Part shown: piece after piece, positions 1 to 10,714 of the stretch | Layout of the letters: every line of letters starts with the position of its first letter | Numbering within the stretch: position 1 is the first letter of the stretch | Origin: an uncultured Chloroflexia bacterium | Lineage (GTDB): Bacteria; Chloroflexota; Anaerolineae; CG2-30-64-16 | Length of the DNA: 64,000 bases | Direction of reading: 5' to 3' | NCBI GenBank assembly: GCA_963774265.1 | Contig: CAVZDU010000005.1 | Location: forward strand, 288,001-352,000 | Notes under the pieces: generated by a model | Told to the model about the DNA's origin: nothing | The model's input: only the letters and a program-made list of their open reading frames with translations | Database searches by the model: none | Translations under genes and position numbers: made by a program

Positions 1-836
1 AGCACAAAGGCGCCCAACAGAACACCGTGCAGCAGATAGAGCACCAGGGGGTTGCGTCCCCACGCGGACAGGATCGGCAGGCGCAGCCCCCTCTGGCCCA
101 GCACGTGAAACCCCAGGAAAACGAAGGCGCTCAGGCCCAGGCCGATGAGCATGTAGCTGGCAGAAGCACGCGCTTTGCTGACTGGGATCACCACGGCCGC
201 CGCCAGGCCGGCCAGGAGCGCCGCAAGGCTGGCCCACGGCATCCTGCTCCAGCGCCGGGTCGGGTCGTGATACCAGTCGGCCAGCACGGTCGCGAGGATG
301 AGAAACGCACCCCAGCTCAACGCCCCCCACGGCCCGTTGTGCGGCGCGCTTCGCACCGCATCCAGCCAGCAGCAATCCAGCCGCGCCTGATACACGGCCA
401 GCAGTCCCAGGCCCACGCCCACCCGCCAGCCGGCAGGCAGGCGGATGACCGGCAGGGCCAGCATCCCCGCCGCGCCCAGCGCCTGAAGCAGGCCCCAGTT
501 GACCGTGCTGGCGTACACCCCGGACAGATTGCCGCCCAACGTCATCAGGAAACCCAGGCCGATGAGCGCCAGGTTGCGGACGATGGCGTGCTCGTAGGTC
601 TGCCGGGCGCCGTCGCGCGCCAGCCTCCGCCGAAACGAGAGGCCATAGGTCAGGCCGATCGCAAACAGGAACATAGGCGCGATCAGGTCGATGACCGTGT
701 ACCCGACGTCGGGGGCGTGCTTCAGCCAGGCCGGCGCCCGATTCACATCCGACAGGTAATCCGCCAGCACCATCAGCAGGATGGCGAAACCTCGAAACTG
801 GTCGATGGCGTCGAGCCGTGAGGATGTGGCGCTCAT
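1..836 (-). CDS. HGSNAT-like (DUF1624/DUF5009) membrane acyltransferase, 3' end outside window
   Basis: Manual translation from ATG at 836: MSATSSRLDAIDQFRGFAILLMVLADY...DLIAPMFLFAIG. RxxxxDxxRG and DxxxPxFLF motifs; not in the ORF track because it runs off the edge. Confidence 0.75.
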   Translation of the reverse strand, partial: MSATSSRLDAIDQFRGFAILLMVLADYLSDVNRAPAWLKHAPDVGYTVIDLIAPMFLFAIGLTYGLSFRRRLARDGARQTYEHAIVRNLALIGLGFLMTLGGNLSGVYASTVNWGLLQALGAAGMLALPVIRLPAGWRVGVGLGLLAVYQARLDCCWLDAVRSAPHNGPWGALSWGAFLILATVLADWYHDPTRRWSRMPWASLAALLAGLAAAVVIPVSKARASASYMLIGLGLSAFVFLGFHVLGQRGLRLPILSAWGRNPLVLYLLHGVLLGAFV

Positions 837-838
837 GG

Positions 839-2295
839 TCAATCCGCTTTCAGGTTCAGCACCCGCCAGGCGGCCGAGTCGAGCGGCAGGTCACCCAGGT
901 AGGTGCGCGCGTAGACAAACGCACGGTCCGGGTCGCCCAGCAACGCCAGCGGCACGCGTAGCACGATGTCGTGGGCGTCACGATTTACCTGCACGCCCGT
1001 ATCCCCCAGCTCGCGGCTTTGGTCGTAAACTACGTGGGACAGCTCGCCCACCTTGGATGTGGATCTTGGGCATGGTGGCGAACGGATGGTCCGGCCGGTA
1101 GCCGAAGAGATAGGCCGACAACTCCACGCCCTCTGCCAGCGGCTTCGACAGCGCAAGTGAGAGCACCAGGTCGCTGCCTGCGCGGCGCACACGTATGCCA
1201 CTCCAGGCCCACGAACGCGGCCCGTTCTGCGTCGGTGAGCTCTGCCGGCGCCTCCCCGGGCCCGGCTGCATTCAGGCCCATGTCAGCAACCTCTGCGCCC
1301 AAGGCAACCTCGGGGTAGTCACCGAACAACTCGTTGGCGCGGATGAAAGAGGACAGGTAGCGGGCGTTCGCTTCATACTGGGTGTGGTGCGCCTGCAGGG
1401 CCGCCAGCTTGCGGCCGGTTTCCTCGCTACTCAGCGGCAGGGTCCACCACGACACTTGCCCCGCCAGTGAGGACGGCGGCGCGAGCGAACGAGCGGGCGC
1501 CTGGCCGGTTGGCTCGGGCCAGCGTGAGCCGTGCACCAGGTACGGGTACAGCTCCGGCGCCATCCCCAGGTCCCACAGCGCGACGCGGGTGAAGGTGTAC
1601 AGCGCCAGATGGTCCGGGTTGTGATCCGCAGGGTGCGAGAGAAACACCTTGGTGGGTCGAAACTCCTTCAGCGAGGCCTCCAGATCGGCCAGCACCTCTT
1701 CGCCTTTATAGGCCGCGCCCGGGCGGTAGGCGCTGGCGTAGGGTACCTGCGTGACGCGGGTGAGCATGCTGCGCAGAGGCGGCTGAGCGCCCCAGTGTTC
1801 CGTCCAGATCCCCAGCGTGCCGAAGTCGGGGTAGCCGAGGAAGGTGAGCTGCCCTGGCGCCAGCCCCAGGATGCGGGCAGCCGCCAGCGCCTCGTCGTGG
1901 CGGACCAGGCCCATCGCCTCGACCTGGCCAGGCAGCAGCTCCGGTCGCTTGCGATAGAGCACGAACGACCACTCGTTGGCGTCGCCATAGGTCAGGAAGA
2001 CCACGCGGACCGGCAGGCCCATGTCGAGAGCTTTCTGGATGACGCCACCGCAGGCGATGGTCTCGTCGTCCGGGTGCGGCGCCAGGATCAGGATGCGATC
2101 AACCGCGCTGAAGGTTAATTCCGACGCATTGAACCCTGCAGCGGGCTGAAGTGACGCAGTGGGCTGAAGCGGCGAGCCAGGCTGCAGAGGCGCGCTGGGC
2201 CGGGTGAGCTGGGCCAGTCCGGCGAGCAGGATCAGCAGCGCTACGGCTGCGGCAGCGCGCAGATTACGTGCGGGAACTCGAAGCCTACTTTTCAT
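839..2295 (-). CDS. PIG-L/LmbE family deacetylase with N-terminal signal/anchor; frameshifted near the C-terminus
   Basis: APHPDDET, TYGD, RxxEA and HPADHNPDH motifs in ORF 1030..2304; C-terminal part continues in other frames to the stop at 839. Confidence 0.8.
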
Positions 2296-4900
2296 AGCTG
2301 CCATGTTTTTCAGTACGGCGGTAGAACCAGGCCTTGATCAGTTCAGCAGATATCAGATAGGCGGCTACGATGACTACGATGGCGGCGAGAAACGATACCG
2401 GCAGCGGGTGGAAACCGAGGACCTCACCCACGGGCGAAAAGGGCAGCCCGATGACCAGGGCCGCGACGAAAACGGTCACTGCCAACATAGCCCGGCTGGG
2501 CCGGCTGCGCAGCAGGGGTCCGCGTGTTCGCAGCACAAAGACTACCAACGCCGGCTGACAGGATTGATTCAATGAACCAGCCGGTGTGGAACAGCGTCTC
2601 GCGAGCCGGGTTGCCACGCGTCAGCCAAAGCAAGGCGCCGAAGGTCACGAAGTCGAATAGCGAGCTCAGCGGCCCGAAGGTCAGCATGAAGCGCCGGATG
2701 AAGCCAATATCCCAGCGCCGCGGCCGGCGCACGAACTCGGCATCCACGTTATCCCCGGCGATGGTCATTTCCGGCAGGTCGGTCAGGAAGTTGATCAGCA
2801 GGATTTGCTTGGGCAGCATCGGCAGGAACGGCAGAAACAGCGAGGCGCCCGCGACGCTGAACATGTTGCCGAAGTTGGCGCTGGTCGCCATGAAGACGTA
2901 TTTGAGCGTATTGCCGAAGGTGATGCGTCCCTGGACGATGCCCTCGCGCAATACCGAAAGGTCCTTCCGCAGCAGGACGAAATCCGCGGCATCCTTGGCC
3001 ACATCCACGGCGGTGTCCACCGAGATGCCCACGTCTGCGCGAGTGCAGTGCCGGCGCGTCGTTGATGCCGTCGCCCATGTAGCCGACCACGTGGCGCGTC
3101 TTCTTCAGGGCCAGGATGATGCGCTCTTTCTGGTTGGGGTCCACTTCGCAAAACAGGTTCGTGCGTTCCGCGGCCTGCCACAGCGCTTCGTCGCGCATGT
3201 CGTCGATCTCGGCGCCGGTGAGAACACCGGCCACCGGCAGGCCGATGGACTCGGCTGTGTGAACGCGCAACCAGGTGATTGTCCCCGGTGATGATCTTGA
3301 GCTGCACACCCAGGTCCGCCAGGTCCGTCACGGTCTGCTGGACGCCGGGCTTGGGCGGGTCGAAGAACAGCAGGAACCCGGCAAAGATCATCGCCTGCTC
3401 GTCATCCCGGGTGTAGGTGCAGGGATGCTCCGTTGCCGTGCAGCGGACCGTCGCGATCCCCAGCACACGGTAGCCTTGCCCGCTCCATTCGGCATAACGA
3501 GCCATCAGCCCGGCGCGCCGCGCTTCATCCAGGGGCGCAACGGCCTCGCCCTCCTCGACCGCTGTGCATGCGGCCAGGACCCCTTCCAGCGCGCCCTTGG
3601 TGATCATCAGGGGCCCGGCGCCGCCCCCTTCATCCACCACCACGCTGAGCCGTTTGCGCACGAAGTCATAGGGAATCTCGTCCACCTTGGCGATGCCGGC
3701 CAGGTCGGGCGAGGCTGCGGCCCGGATGGCTTCATCCAGTGGGTTGGCCAGGCCGGTTTGAAAATGGGCGTTGAGGTAAGCGAGCCGCAACACCCGATCC
3801 GACGGGCTTCCCGGCTGCGTCCAGCGCGCCGTCCAGCCGGACCACCCCCTCGGTGAGCGTGCCGGTCTTGTCGGTGCAGAGCACGTCCATGCTGCCGAAG
3901 TTCTCGATGGCTGCCAGGCGCCGCACGATCACGCCGTGCGCCGGCCATGCGCTGCGCGCCGCGCGACAGGTTGATGTTGATGATGGCGGGCAGGAGTTGG
4001 GGCGTCAGGCCCACGGCCAGGGCCAACGAGAACAGCAGGGAGTCCACGACGGGTTTGTGGAAGAAGACGTTGACTGCAAACACCGCCAGCACCAACACGA
4101 ACGTCACCTCGCTGAGCAGGTAGCCCAGTTGGCGGATGCCGCGCTCGAACTCTGTTTCGGGCGGTCGCAGCTGCAGCCGCTGGCGATCTGGCCGAACGCG
4201 GTGGCCTTGCCGGTCTGCACGATGACGGCCCGCGCCGTGCCGCTACGCACGCTGGTGCCCATGAAGACGGTGTTCGTACGTTCAGCCAGGCCCGCGCGCT
4301 CAGGCACAACGCCGGGCAGCTTCTCCACCGGGAAGGTCTCGCCGGTGAGGGTCGCCTGGCTGACGAAGAAGTCCTTGGCCTCCAGCACCACGCCGTCGGC
4401 GGGAATCAGGCTGCCGGCCGAAAGCAGGACGATGTCCCCCGGCACGACCTCTTCCGCAGGCAGGAGCTGGGCGCGCCATCGCGCAGCACGGTCGTTTTGA
4501 TCCGGATCTGCGAACGCAGCTTCTCGGCCGCGTTGCCCGCGCTGTACTCCTGCACGAAGCTCAGCGCTGCGCTGCCACCCACGATGGCGAGGATAATGGC
4601 GGCGTCGACCCAGTCCTGCAAGATCGCAGAAACGATGGTCGCAAAGAGCAGGATCAGGACGATGGGGCTCTTGAACTGGCTCAGCAGGAGCGCGGGCCAA
4701 CGCGCGTGTTGGCCGGTCTCTAGGCTGTTGGCGCCGGTGCGGGTCAGGCGGATGCGGGCCTCGTCACCGGTTAAACCGTCCGGGCTGCTTCGCAGGGCAG
4801 TCAACAGCGTCGCGGCCGGCTGACTCCAGAGCTGCCCTGGCGACAACGCGTTGATGCTTGACGGCCGTGTAGGAGACGCCCCGTTCGTTTTTCCTGACAT
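2285..4900 (-). CDS. mgtA: Magnesium-translocating P-type ATPase (several frameshifts)
   Basis: LTGET, VGLTPQLLP, CTDKTGTLT, ITGDN, GDGINDAPAL and SANFGNMFS motifs spread over successive ORF fragments. Confidence 0.85.
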
Positions 4901-4949
4901 TACGAATACCTCCTCTGTCCGGAGACGCACGGTCGAAACAGACGCTCCC

Positions 4950-6773
4950 TTACTTCTGTGCCAGCGGCCAAAAAACGGGGAGCAGCAGCATCACCAGCCC
5001 GAAAATCAGCAAGGTCAACGGCCAGCCCACCTTGAGATAGTCGCGAAATCGATAGCCGCCCGGTCCCATCACGAGCACATTGACCGGGTGTCCCAGCGGT
5101 GTCAGGAACGCCATGGAACTCGCCAGCGCGACCCCCATCACCATTGCGCGCGGGTCGAGCCCGGTTTCCTGCGCCGCTCGGATGGCGATCGGGGCGACCA
5201 CCGTCGCCACCGCGGCCCCATTCATGGCTTGGGTCAGGACGGTTGTCAAGAGGAACAAGCCGGCCAGTAGCGCAAGCGGCCCCGCTGGACCCAGTGCGGC
5301 GATGAGCTTGTCGGCCAGCAAGCCGGCCGCGCCGCTCTTGGTCATTGCCAGGCCCAGCGGCAGCATCCCCGCCACCAGGAAGACGCTGCGCCATTCGATC
5401 GCGCCGTAGGCCTGATCCATGGTGAGAATCGCGGCCAGCACCGTCAGCAGCGCGGCGCCCAGCATGATCTCCCCGACCAGTGGGGTGTTGAACGCAGCCA
5501 GGAGCAGCGCCGCGCCCATGATGGCCGCGGCCAGCCAGCGCCTACCGGTTGCGGTGACGGCCGGGGGCTCGGCTTCCCCACTGTTCAACAAGATCAGATC
5601 CGGTTCGGTGCGCAATAGGGGGATCTGGGCGCGTGACCCCTGCAGCAGCAGCGCATCCCCGAAGGCCAGCGGCAGCTCGCCCAGGTTGGTGCGGATCGGC
5701 CGACCTGCACGCCAGATACCGAGGACGGCCATGCCGTACTTCTCACGAAAGTGCGCCGCGCGCAGCGTCTGGCCGAGTAGCGTAGAACGGGGCGCCAGGA
5801 CTGCCTCAGCGATCGTCACCGCGTCCGATTTCAGGGCGCTGGCTGGCCAGTCGGGCGCGGGCAAGAGCTCCAGACGCGGGTCAACATCGCGCGCCTGGAA
5901 TTCATCCAGTCTGCCTTCCAGGAAGAGGATATCTCCCGTGCTCAACACCGTAGCGGCAGACGGAGCAGAGATGAGATGCCCTTGCCGCTCCAGGGCCACC
6001 AGGTTGACGCCGTAGGTCTCGCGCAGGCGGCTTTGCTCCAACGGTTTGCCGTCCAGGCTCGAGCCGACCGGCACACGCGCGCGGAACACTCGCTCGTCCA
6101 GGCGGTATACATCGACCAGGTCGAGGTCGCGATCGCTTTTGGGTCGCGCGTCCTGCATAGCGGTTTGTGTGGGCAGCAGACGTCGGCCCCAGACCGCCAT
6201 GTACGCGACCCCCACTACGACGATGGGGATGCCCACCGGGGCAAAGTCCAGCACGCTGAAGCCGGGGAGATCCTGGCCGCGCAAGATGCCGCTCACGACA
6301 ATGTTGGTCGTGGTGAACAGGGTGGCCATGCCGCCCAGGATGGTGGCGAAGGCCAGGGGGATGAGCAAGCGCGCGGGGCTAACACGGCTCCGGTGCGCCA
6401 GACCCGACACTGCCGGCATCAGGACCGCGGCCGCAGCGATGTTGTTCATCAGCAGGGACAAGGCCGCGCCGGCCAGCATGATGACAACAACGAGCCGGGT
6501 CTCGCCGCTCCCCCCGGCGCGCGCCAACAGCTCCCCGGCGCGTTCGGTGATACCCGTCAGGCGCAGGGCCTCAGTGAGGACGAAGATGGAGACGATCGTG
6601 ACGATGGCCGAGTTGGCGAACCCTGAGAAGGCCTCGCGTGGGGTGAGGATGCCGCTGATGCCCAGGGCAACTACAACCAGGAGCGCCACCAGGTCGGCGC
6701 GCAGGCGTTCGCTCAGCAGCAAGGCGAACGCCACAAGTACGATGACCAGGGTTAGCACCAATTGGTTTGTCAT
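4950..6773 (-). CDS. SLC13/DASS family permease with two TrkA-C domains
   Basis: Hydrophobic N- and C-halves, MNNIAA, TTTNIVV and TPLGHPVN motifs, central RCK-C repeats. Confidence 0.85.
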   Translation of the reverse strand: MTNQLVLTLVIVLVAFALLLSERLRADLVALLVVVALGISGILTPREAFSGFANSAIVTIVSIFVLTEALRLTGITERAGELLARAGGSGETRLVVVIMLAGAALSLLMNNIAAAAVLMPAVSGLAHRSRVSPARLLIPLAFATILGGMATLFTTTNIVVSGILRGQDLPGFSVLDFAPVGIPIVVVGVAYMAVWGRRLLPTQTAMQDARPKSDRDLDLVDVYRLDERVFRARVPVGSSLDGKPLEQSRLRETYGVNLVALERQGHLISAPSAATVLSTGDILFLEGRLDEFQARDVDPRLELLPAPDWPASALKSDAVTIAEAVLAPRSTLLGQTLRAAHFREKYGMAVLGIWRAGRPIRTNLGELPLAFGDALLLQGSRAQIPLLRTEPDLILLNSGEAEPPAVTATGRRWLAAAIMGAALLLAAFNTPLVGEIMLGAALLTVLAAILTMDQAYGAIEWRSVFLVAGMLPLGLAMTKSGAAGLLADKLIAALGPAGPLALLAGLFLLTTVLTQAMNGAAVATVVAPIAIRAAQETGLDPRAMVMGVALASSMAFLTPLGHPVNVLVMGPGGYRFRDYLKVGWPLTLLIFGLVMLLLPVFWPLAQK

Positions 6774-6972
6774 ATCATTGCATCACGTGTGTGCGCCTGA
6801 TTCTAGCTCATAAGCGCATCGCACGCAATTGTTCTGGTTGAGCCCGGGCATGCGTTCGGCCGTCGGATCTGGCCGGCCTCTAACCTGATGTTTAGTCATT
6901 CCTAAGTTCTTTTTAACGCAAGCTCCCTGAATTGAGAGTATAACATGTGCTGGGATAACGGAGGTATAGGAT

Positions 6973-8661
6973 ATGAGAAAGATACGCGTTTTGACCTTGG
7001 CAGTTTTGTTAGTGGTTGTGTTGGCTCTATCGGCCTGCTCGACCGTGCTGCCCGGGACGGCCATGAGCCTGAATAACCTGGGCAAGAGCGCGAGTAACAT
7101 TTCGTCGCGCGCACAAACCGCGGTGACGACTTCGGCTAACACCGCGGCGCAAGCTGCCGCGCCGGTTGTCAGTTTGAATGACCTGCAATCCGCTCTGGAA
7201 GAGGTGTACGCGACGGCCAATCCGTCGGTCGTCAACATTCAGGTTGCCATGCAGGCGCAGACCGGTGGCCTGCAACAATTGCCGGGACAACAGTTCCCGT
7301 TCGGCCAGGGGCCTGACCAGGGAACGACCCCCCAGGCCACTGCGGAAGGCTCCGGGTTCGTTTGGGACAAGCAGGGCCATATCGTAACGAACAACCACGT
7401 GGTGGATGGCGCGACCGACATCACCGTCACTTTCGTTGACGGCACTTCGCTGCCGGCGAAGCTGGTGGGCCGTGACCCCGATAGCGATCTCGCAGTGATT
7501 TCGGTGGATCCTGCGAAGGTCACGCTCCAGCCTGTGACCATCGCCGACTCAACCCAGGTCAAGCCGGGCCAGTTGGTGGTGGCCATCGGTAACCCGTTCG
7601 GCCTGGAGGGCAGCATGAGCTTCGGCATCGTCAGTGCGGTGGGGCGCAGCATGCCCGCCAGCAGTGAGACGAGCCAGGGGACGGGCAGCGCGCTCAGCTA
7701 CACCATCCCTGATGTCATCCAGACCGATGCACCGGTGAACCCCGGCAATTCCGGTGGCGTGTTGTTGGATCTGGCAGGCCAACTGGTCGGCGTGCCCACG
7801 GCCATCGAGTCGTCGGTGCGTTCTTCGGCGGGGGTCGGCTTTGCCGTGCCTTCAGTGATTGTGCAGAACGTCGTGCCTGAGCTGATCGACAAGGGCGTCT
7901 TCGAGCATCCGTATATCGGAATCAGCGGCGGCACCGTCAACTCCAAGGTGGCGAAGGCCATGGACTTGCCCGAGACGCAACGCGGCGCCCTGGTGGTGAG
8001 CGTGACCTCGGGTAGCCCGGCAGATGACGCGGGGCTCCTCGGCAGCGCCAAGGAAGTGACGATCGACGGCGAGCAGGTGCAGGTCGGCGGGGACGTGATC
8101 ACGGCCATCGATGGGCAGCCGGTCAAGGACTTCGAGGACCTGACCGCCTACCTGGCACGGTCGGGCAAGGTGAACCAGAAGGTTGAGTTGACCGTACTGC
8201 GAGACGGCAAGACCTCCACCGTGCCGTTGACCCTGGCCGCGCGTCCTGCCAACAAGGCCACTGCTGGGACCGAAGGCAGCGGACAGCCTCAGGCAGCGCG
8301 CGGCAGCGCCTGGCTGGGCATCAGCGGCATGGACCTGACGTCCGAGCTGGCGCAGACGATGGGTTTATCGCAGAGCCAGAAGGGTGCGTTGGTTGAGGAC
8401 ATCGTCAGCGGCAGCCCGGCGGACGACGCCGGCTTGCAGGGCAGTTCTGAGTCGTTCCAGACGCAGGACGGCCAGCAGGTGATGGTCGGCGGCGATGTGG
8501 TGACCGCGGTGGACGGCAAGGCTATCAGGACGATGCAGGACCTGTCGGCGGCCATCAAGGCCCATCAGGCGGGAGACAACGTGGTGTTGACCGTACTGCG
8601 AGACGGCAAGGAGTTGAAGGTCGAGGTGAACCTGGCCGCGCGACCGGCAACGGTCAACTAA
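6973..8661 (+). CDS. htrA: HtrA/DegP-like serine protease lipoprotein, two PDZ domains
   Basis: Lipobox LSAC; triad TNNHVV / DSDLA / GNSGG; two PDZ repeats; RBS GGAGG. Confidence 0.9.
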   Translation: MRKIRVLTLAVLLVVVLALSACSTVLPGTAMSLNNLGKSASNISSRAQTAVTTSANTAAQAAAPVVSLNDLQSALEEVYATANPSVVNIQVAMQAQTGGLQQLPGQQFPFGQGPDQGTTPQATAEGSGFVWDKQGHIVTNNHVVDGATDITVTFVDGTSLPAKLVGRDPDSDLAVISVDPAKVTLQPVTIADSTQVKPGQLVVAIGNPFGLEGSMSFGIVSAVGRSMPASSETSQGTGSALSYTIPDVIQTDAPVNPGNSGGVLLDLAGQLVGVPTAIESSVRSSAGVGFAVPSVIVQNVVPELIDKGVFEHPYIGISGGTVNSKVAKAMDLPETQRGALVVSVTSGSPADDAGLLGSAKEVTIDGEQVQVGGDVITAIDGQPVKDFEDLTAYLARSGKVNQKVELTVLRDGKTSTVPLTLAARPANKATAGTEGSGQPQAARGSAWLGISGMDLTSELAQTMGLSQSQKGALVEDIVSGSPADDAGLQGSSESFQTQDGQQVMVGGDVVTAVDGKAIRTMQDLSAAIKAHQAGDNVVLTVLRDGKELKVEVNLAARPATVN

Positions 8662-8685
8662 AACAGTCACAGGTGACAACCCCTG

Positions 8686-8721
8686 GCCCGCAGGCCGGCG
8701 CATGCCGGACCTGCGGGCTTT
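8686..8721 (+). terminator. Intrinsic terminator after htrA
   Basis: GCCCGCAGG...CCTGCGGGC stem followed by TTT. Confidence 0.6.
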
Positions 8722-8851
8722 GCTATGCCGCAGATAGTAGACCCGGGCCTGGAACGATTCCAGCCCATCGTAGAGTGTGGGGAGCTCCTATACGATTCTA
8801 CAATTCACGCTTCACTCATCTGAGCACCCGATGCGGGAGACCCGTTGATCT

Positions 8852-9884
8852 TTACTTGACGACCGGCAGGCCGGCTGAGGTCCAGGCGGCAAACCCGCCC
8901 GCGAGGCTCTTGACGTTGGCATAGTCCAGCAGTTGCAGGGCCATCATGCCGAGAGCGCCCCGGTGCCCGATCGCGCAGTAGACGACGATGGGCGCGGCCT
9001 TGTCCGGGGGCAGCATGTTCAGATTCTTGGTCAATGTGCGGATGGGGATGTTGATGGAGCTTTCGATCTTTCCGGCGCTGCTGACTTCTGAGAGCTCGCG
9101 CACGTCGATGAGGGTCAGCCCTCCGGCCGCGATCTGCGCCTTGAGGTCTGCCGGCGAGATCGTCCCCCAGCCGTTGGGCAGGCTGCTCAGGTACTCGTCC
9201 AGCGCGGTCAACATGCCCTGATCCACTTCGGGCGCCGTGCCGGGCGTGGGCGCGACCGCGGCAGCGGCGACGGGCAGGCCGGCAGCCTTCCAGTCACTGA
9301 AGCCTCTGGCCAGGCTCTTGACGTCAGTGTAGCCCAGCATCTGCAGCGTGGCCATCGCGATGGCGCTCCGGTGGCCGCTGCCGCAGATCGCGACGATCGG
9401 CTGGTCCTTGGCCGGCAGCTTATCCAGGTTCTTCGCCAGGTCGCGGATGGGGATGTTCACCGCGCCCTCGATCGTGCCGGCGCTGGCGATCTCGTTCGCC
9501 GCGCGCGACGTCCAGGATGAACGGATTCCCGGTCTCGATCTGGTTATTCAGAGCAGCAGCCCAGATCAGGCCGAAGCCATCGGGCAGCGCGCTGACGTAG
9601 TTGTCGACTGCGGCGCTCAGGTCAAAGGCCGTGGCGGTAGGCGTTGCGGTGCTGGTGGGCGTTGCGGTGCTGGTGGGCGTCGCCGTGGCGGTAGGCGTTG
9701 CGGTGCTGGTGGGCGTCGCCGTGGCGGTAAGCGTTGCCGTGGTGGTGGGTGCTGTGCTACTGGCCCACCCCTGCATCACCACAGGGAGATAGACCGTAAT
9801 GCCATTCGCTATGACGCTGATGGCGATTGCCAAGCACGCGAAAAACGCCAGACCCAGTGCAAGCCATTGTCGCTTTTTGTCCAT
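8852..9884 (-). CDS. Exported tandem rhodanese-domain protein with Thr/Pro/Ala linker (one frameshift near 9500)
   Basis: N-terminal TM, (TPTSTA/TPTATA)n linker, two rhodanese domains with active loops CGSGHRS and CAIGHRG. Confidence 0.8.
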
Positions 9885-9998
9885 GCTTGACCTCCACGAA
9901 AAGTGGCGGATCTCACGAAGGATTAACGCGCTGCTTTGCGCAATCTGTCAAGAATTGACAGTCTGATCTTAAGATGTCGTAATTTTCGACATTTGCCC

Positions 9999-10110
9999 CG
10001 TCCGAGCTGGCGCAGACGATGGGTTGATCGCAGAGCCAGAAGGGTGCGTTGGTTGAGGACATCGCCAGCGGCAGCCCGGCGGACGACGCCGGCTGGCAGG
10101 GCAGTTCTGA
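9999..10110 (+). repeat. 112-bp copy of an internal htrA segment (8339..8450)
   Basis: Direct comparison: 3 mismatches, one creating TGA in the htrA frame. Confidence 0.9.
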
Positions 10111-10189
10111 AGGGTGCAAGACCCTTGCGGGCCGTGGTGACCGGAACCGCCGAGGATGAAAACGCAGAGTATACCAGCGATGAACCGAA

Positions 10190-10714
10190 TCATGGCTGAC
10201 TCCCTTTGAGATAGTATCTCGGATGAAACTGATCTGCATTTGACTGATTATGGATCGGAGGCCGATTCCGGTGCTTGCAGCGCAGTGACCAGTTCCAGTC
10301 GAGTTGGATCGCGCGCGGCGGGCCAACCCAACGCAACGGCCCACGATAGTAGACCCGGGCCTGGAATGATTCCAGCCCATATTCGTCATTGACAACCTCT
10401 ATGCGCACCGGGGCCGCGCCGAAGTCCGGCCCGTCGGCATCAAGACCCCAGGCCCGCACCTGCTCCAGCGCCTCGGCCAATGCTTCAATCGGCCAGGCCT
10501 GGCTCAATGTGAAGTCCAGGTCCTCCGAGAAGCGATAGTTGGCAAAGTAGCACTTCCGCAAGCAGGTGCCGCCCTTGAAGACCAGGTATTGCGCCGCGGG
10601 CGTTTGCGTAAAAAGACCGGCGAGAAACCAGCCCAACCCGTAGTCGAGGTCCTGGACCATGGTGTCCACACCAGCGGCAACGGCATGGCGCCGCAATTCT
10701 GCTTCAATGATCAC
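10190..10714 (-). pseudogene. AbiEii-family nucleotidyltransferase toxin, C-terminally truncated
   Basis: FKGGTCLRKCY...RFSEDLDF motif; family-like sequence ends at IQLD (~10300). Confidence 0.75.

Noticed and set aside
9628-9750. Short tandem repeats resembling an array
   Set aside because: They encode the Thr/Pro/Ala linker of the rhodanese; no unique spacers, so not CRISPR.
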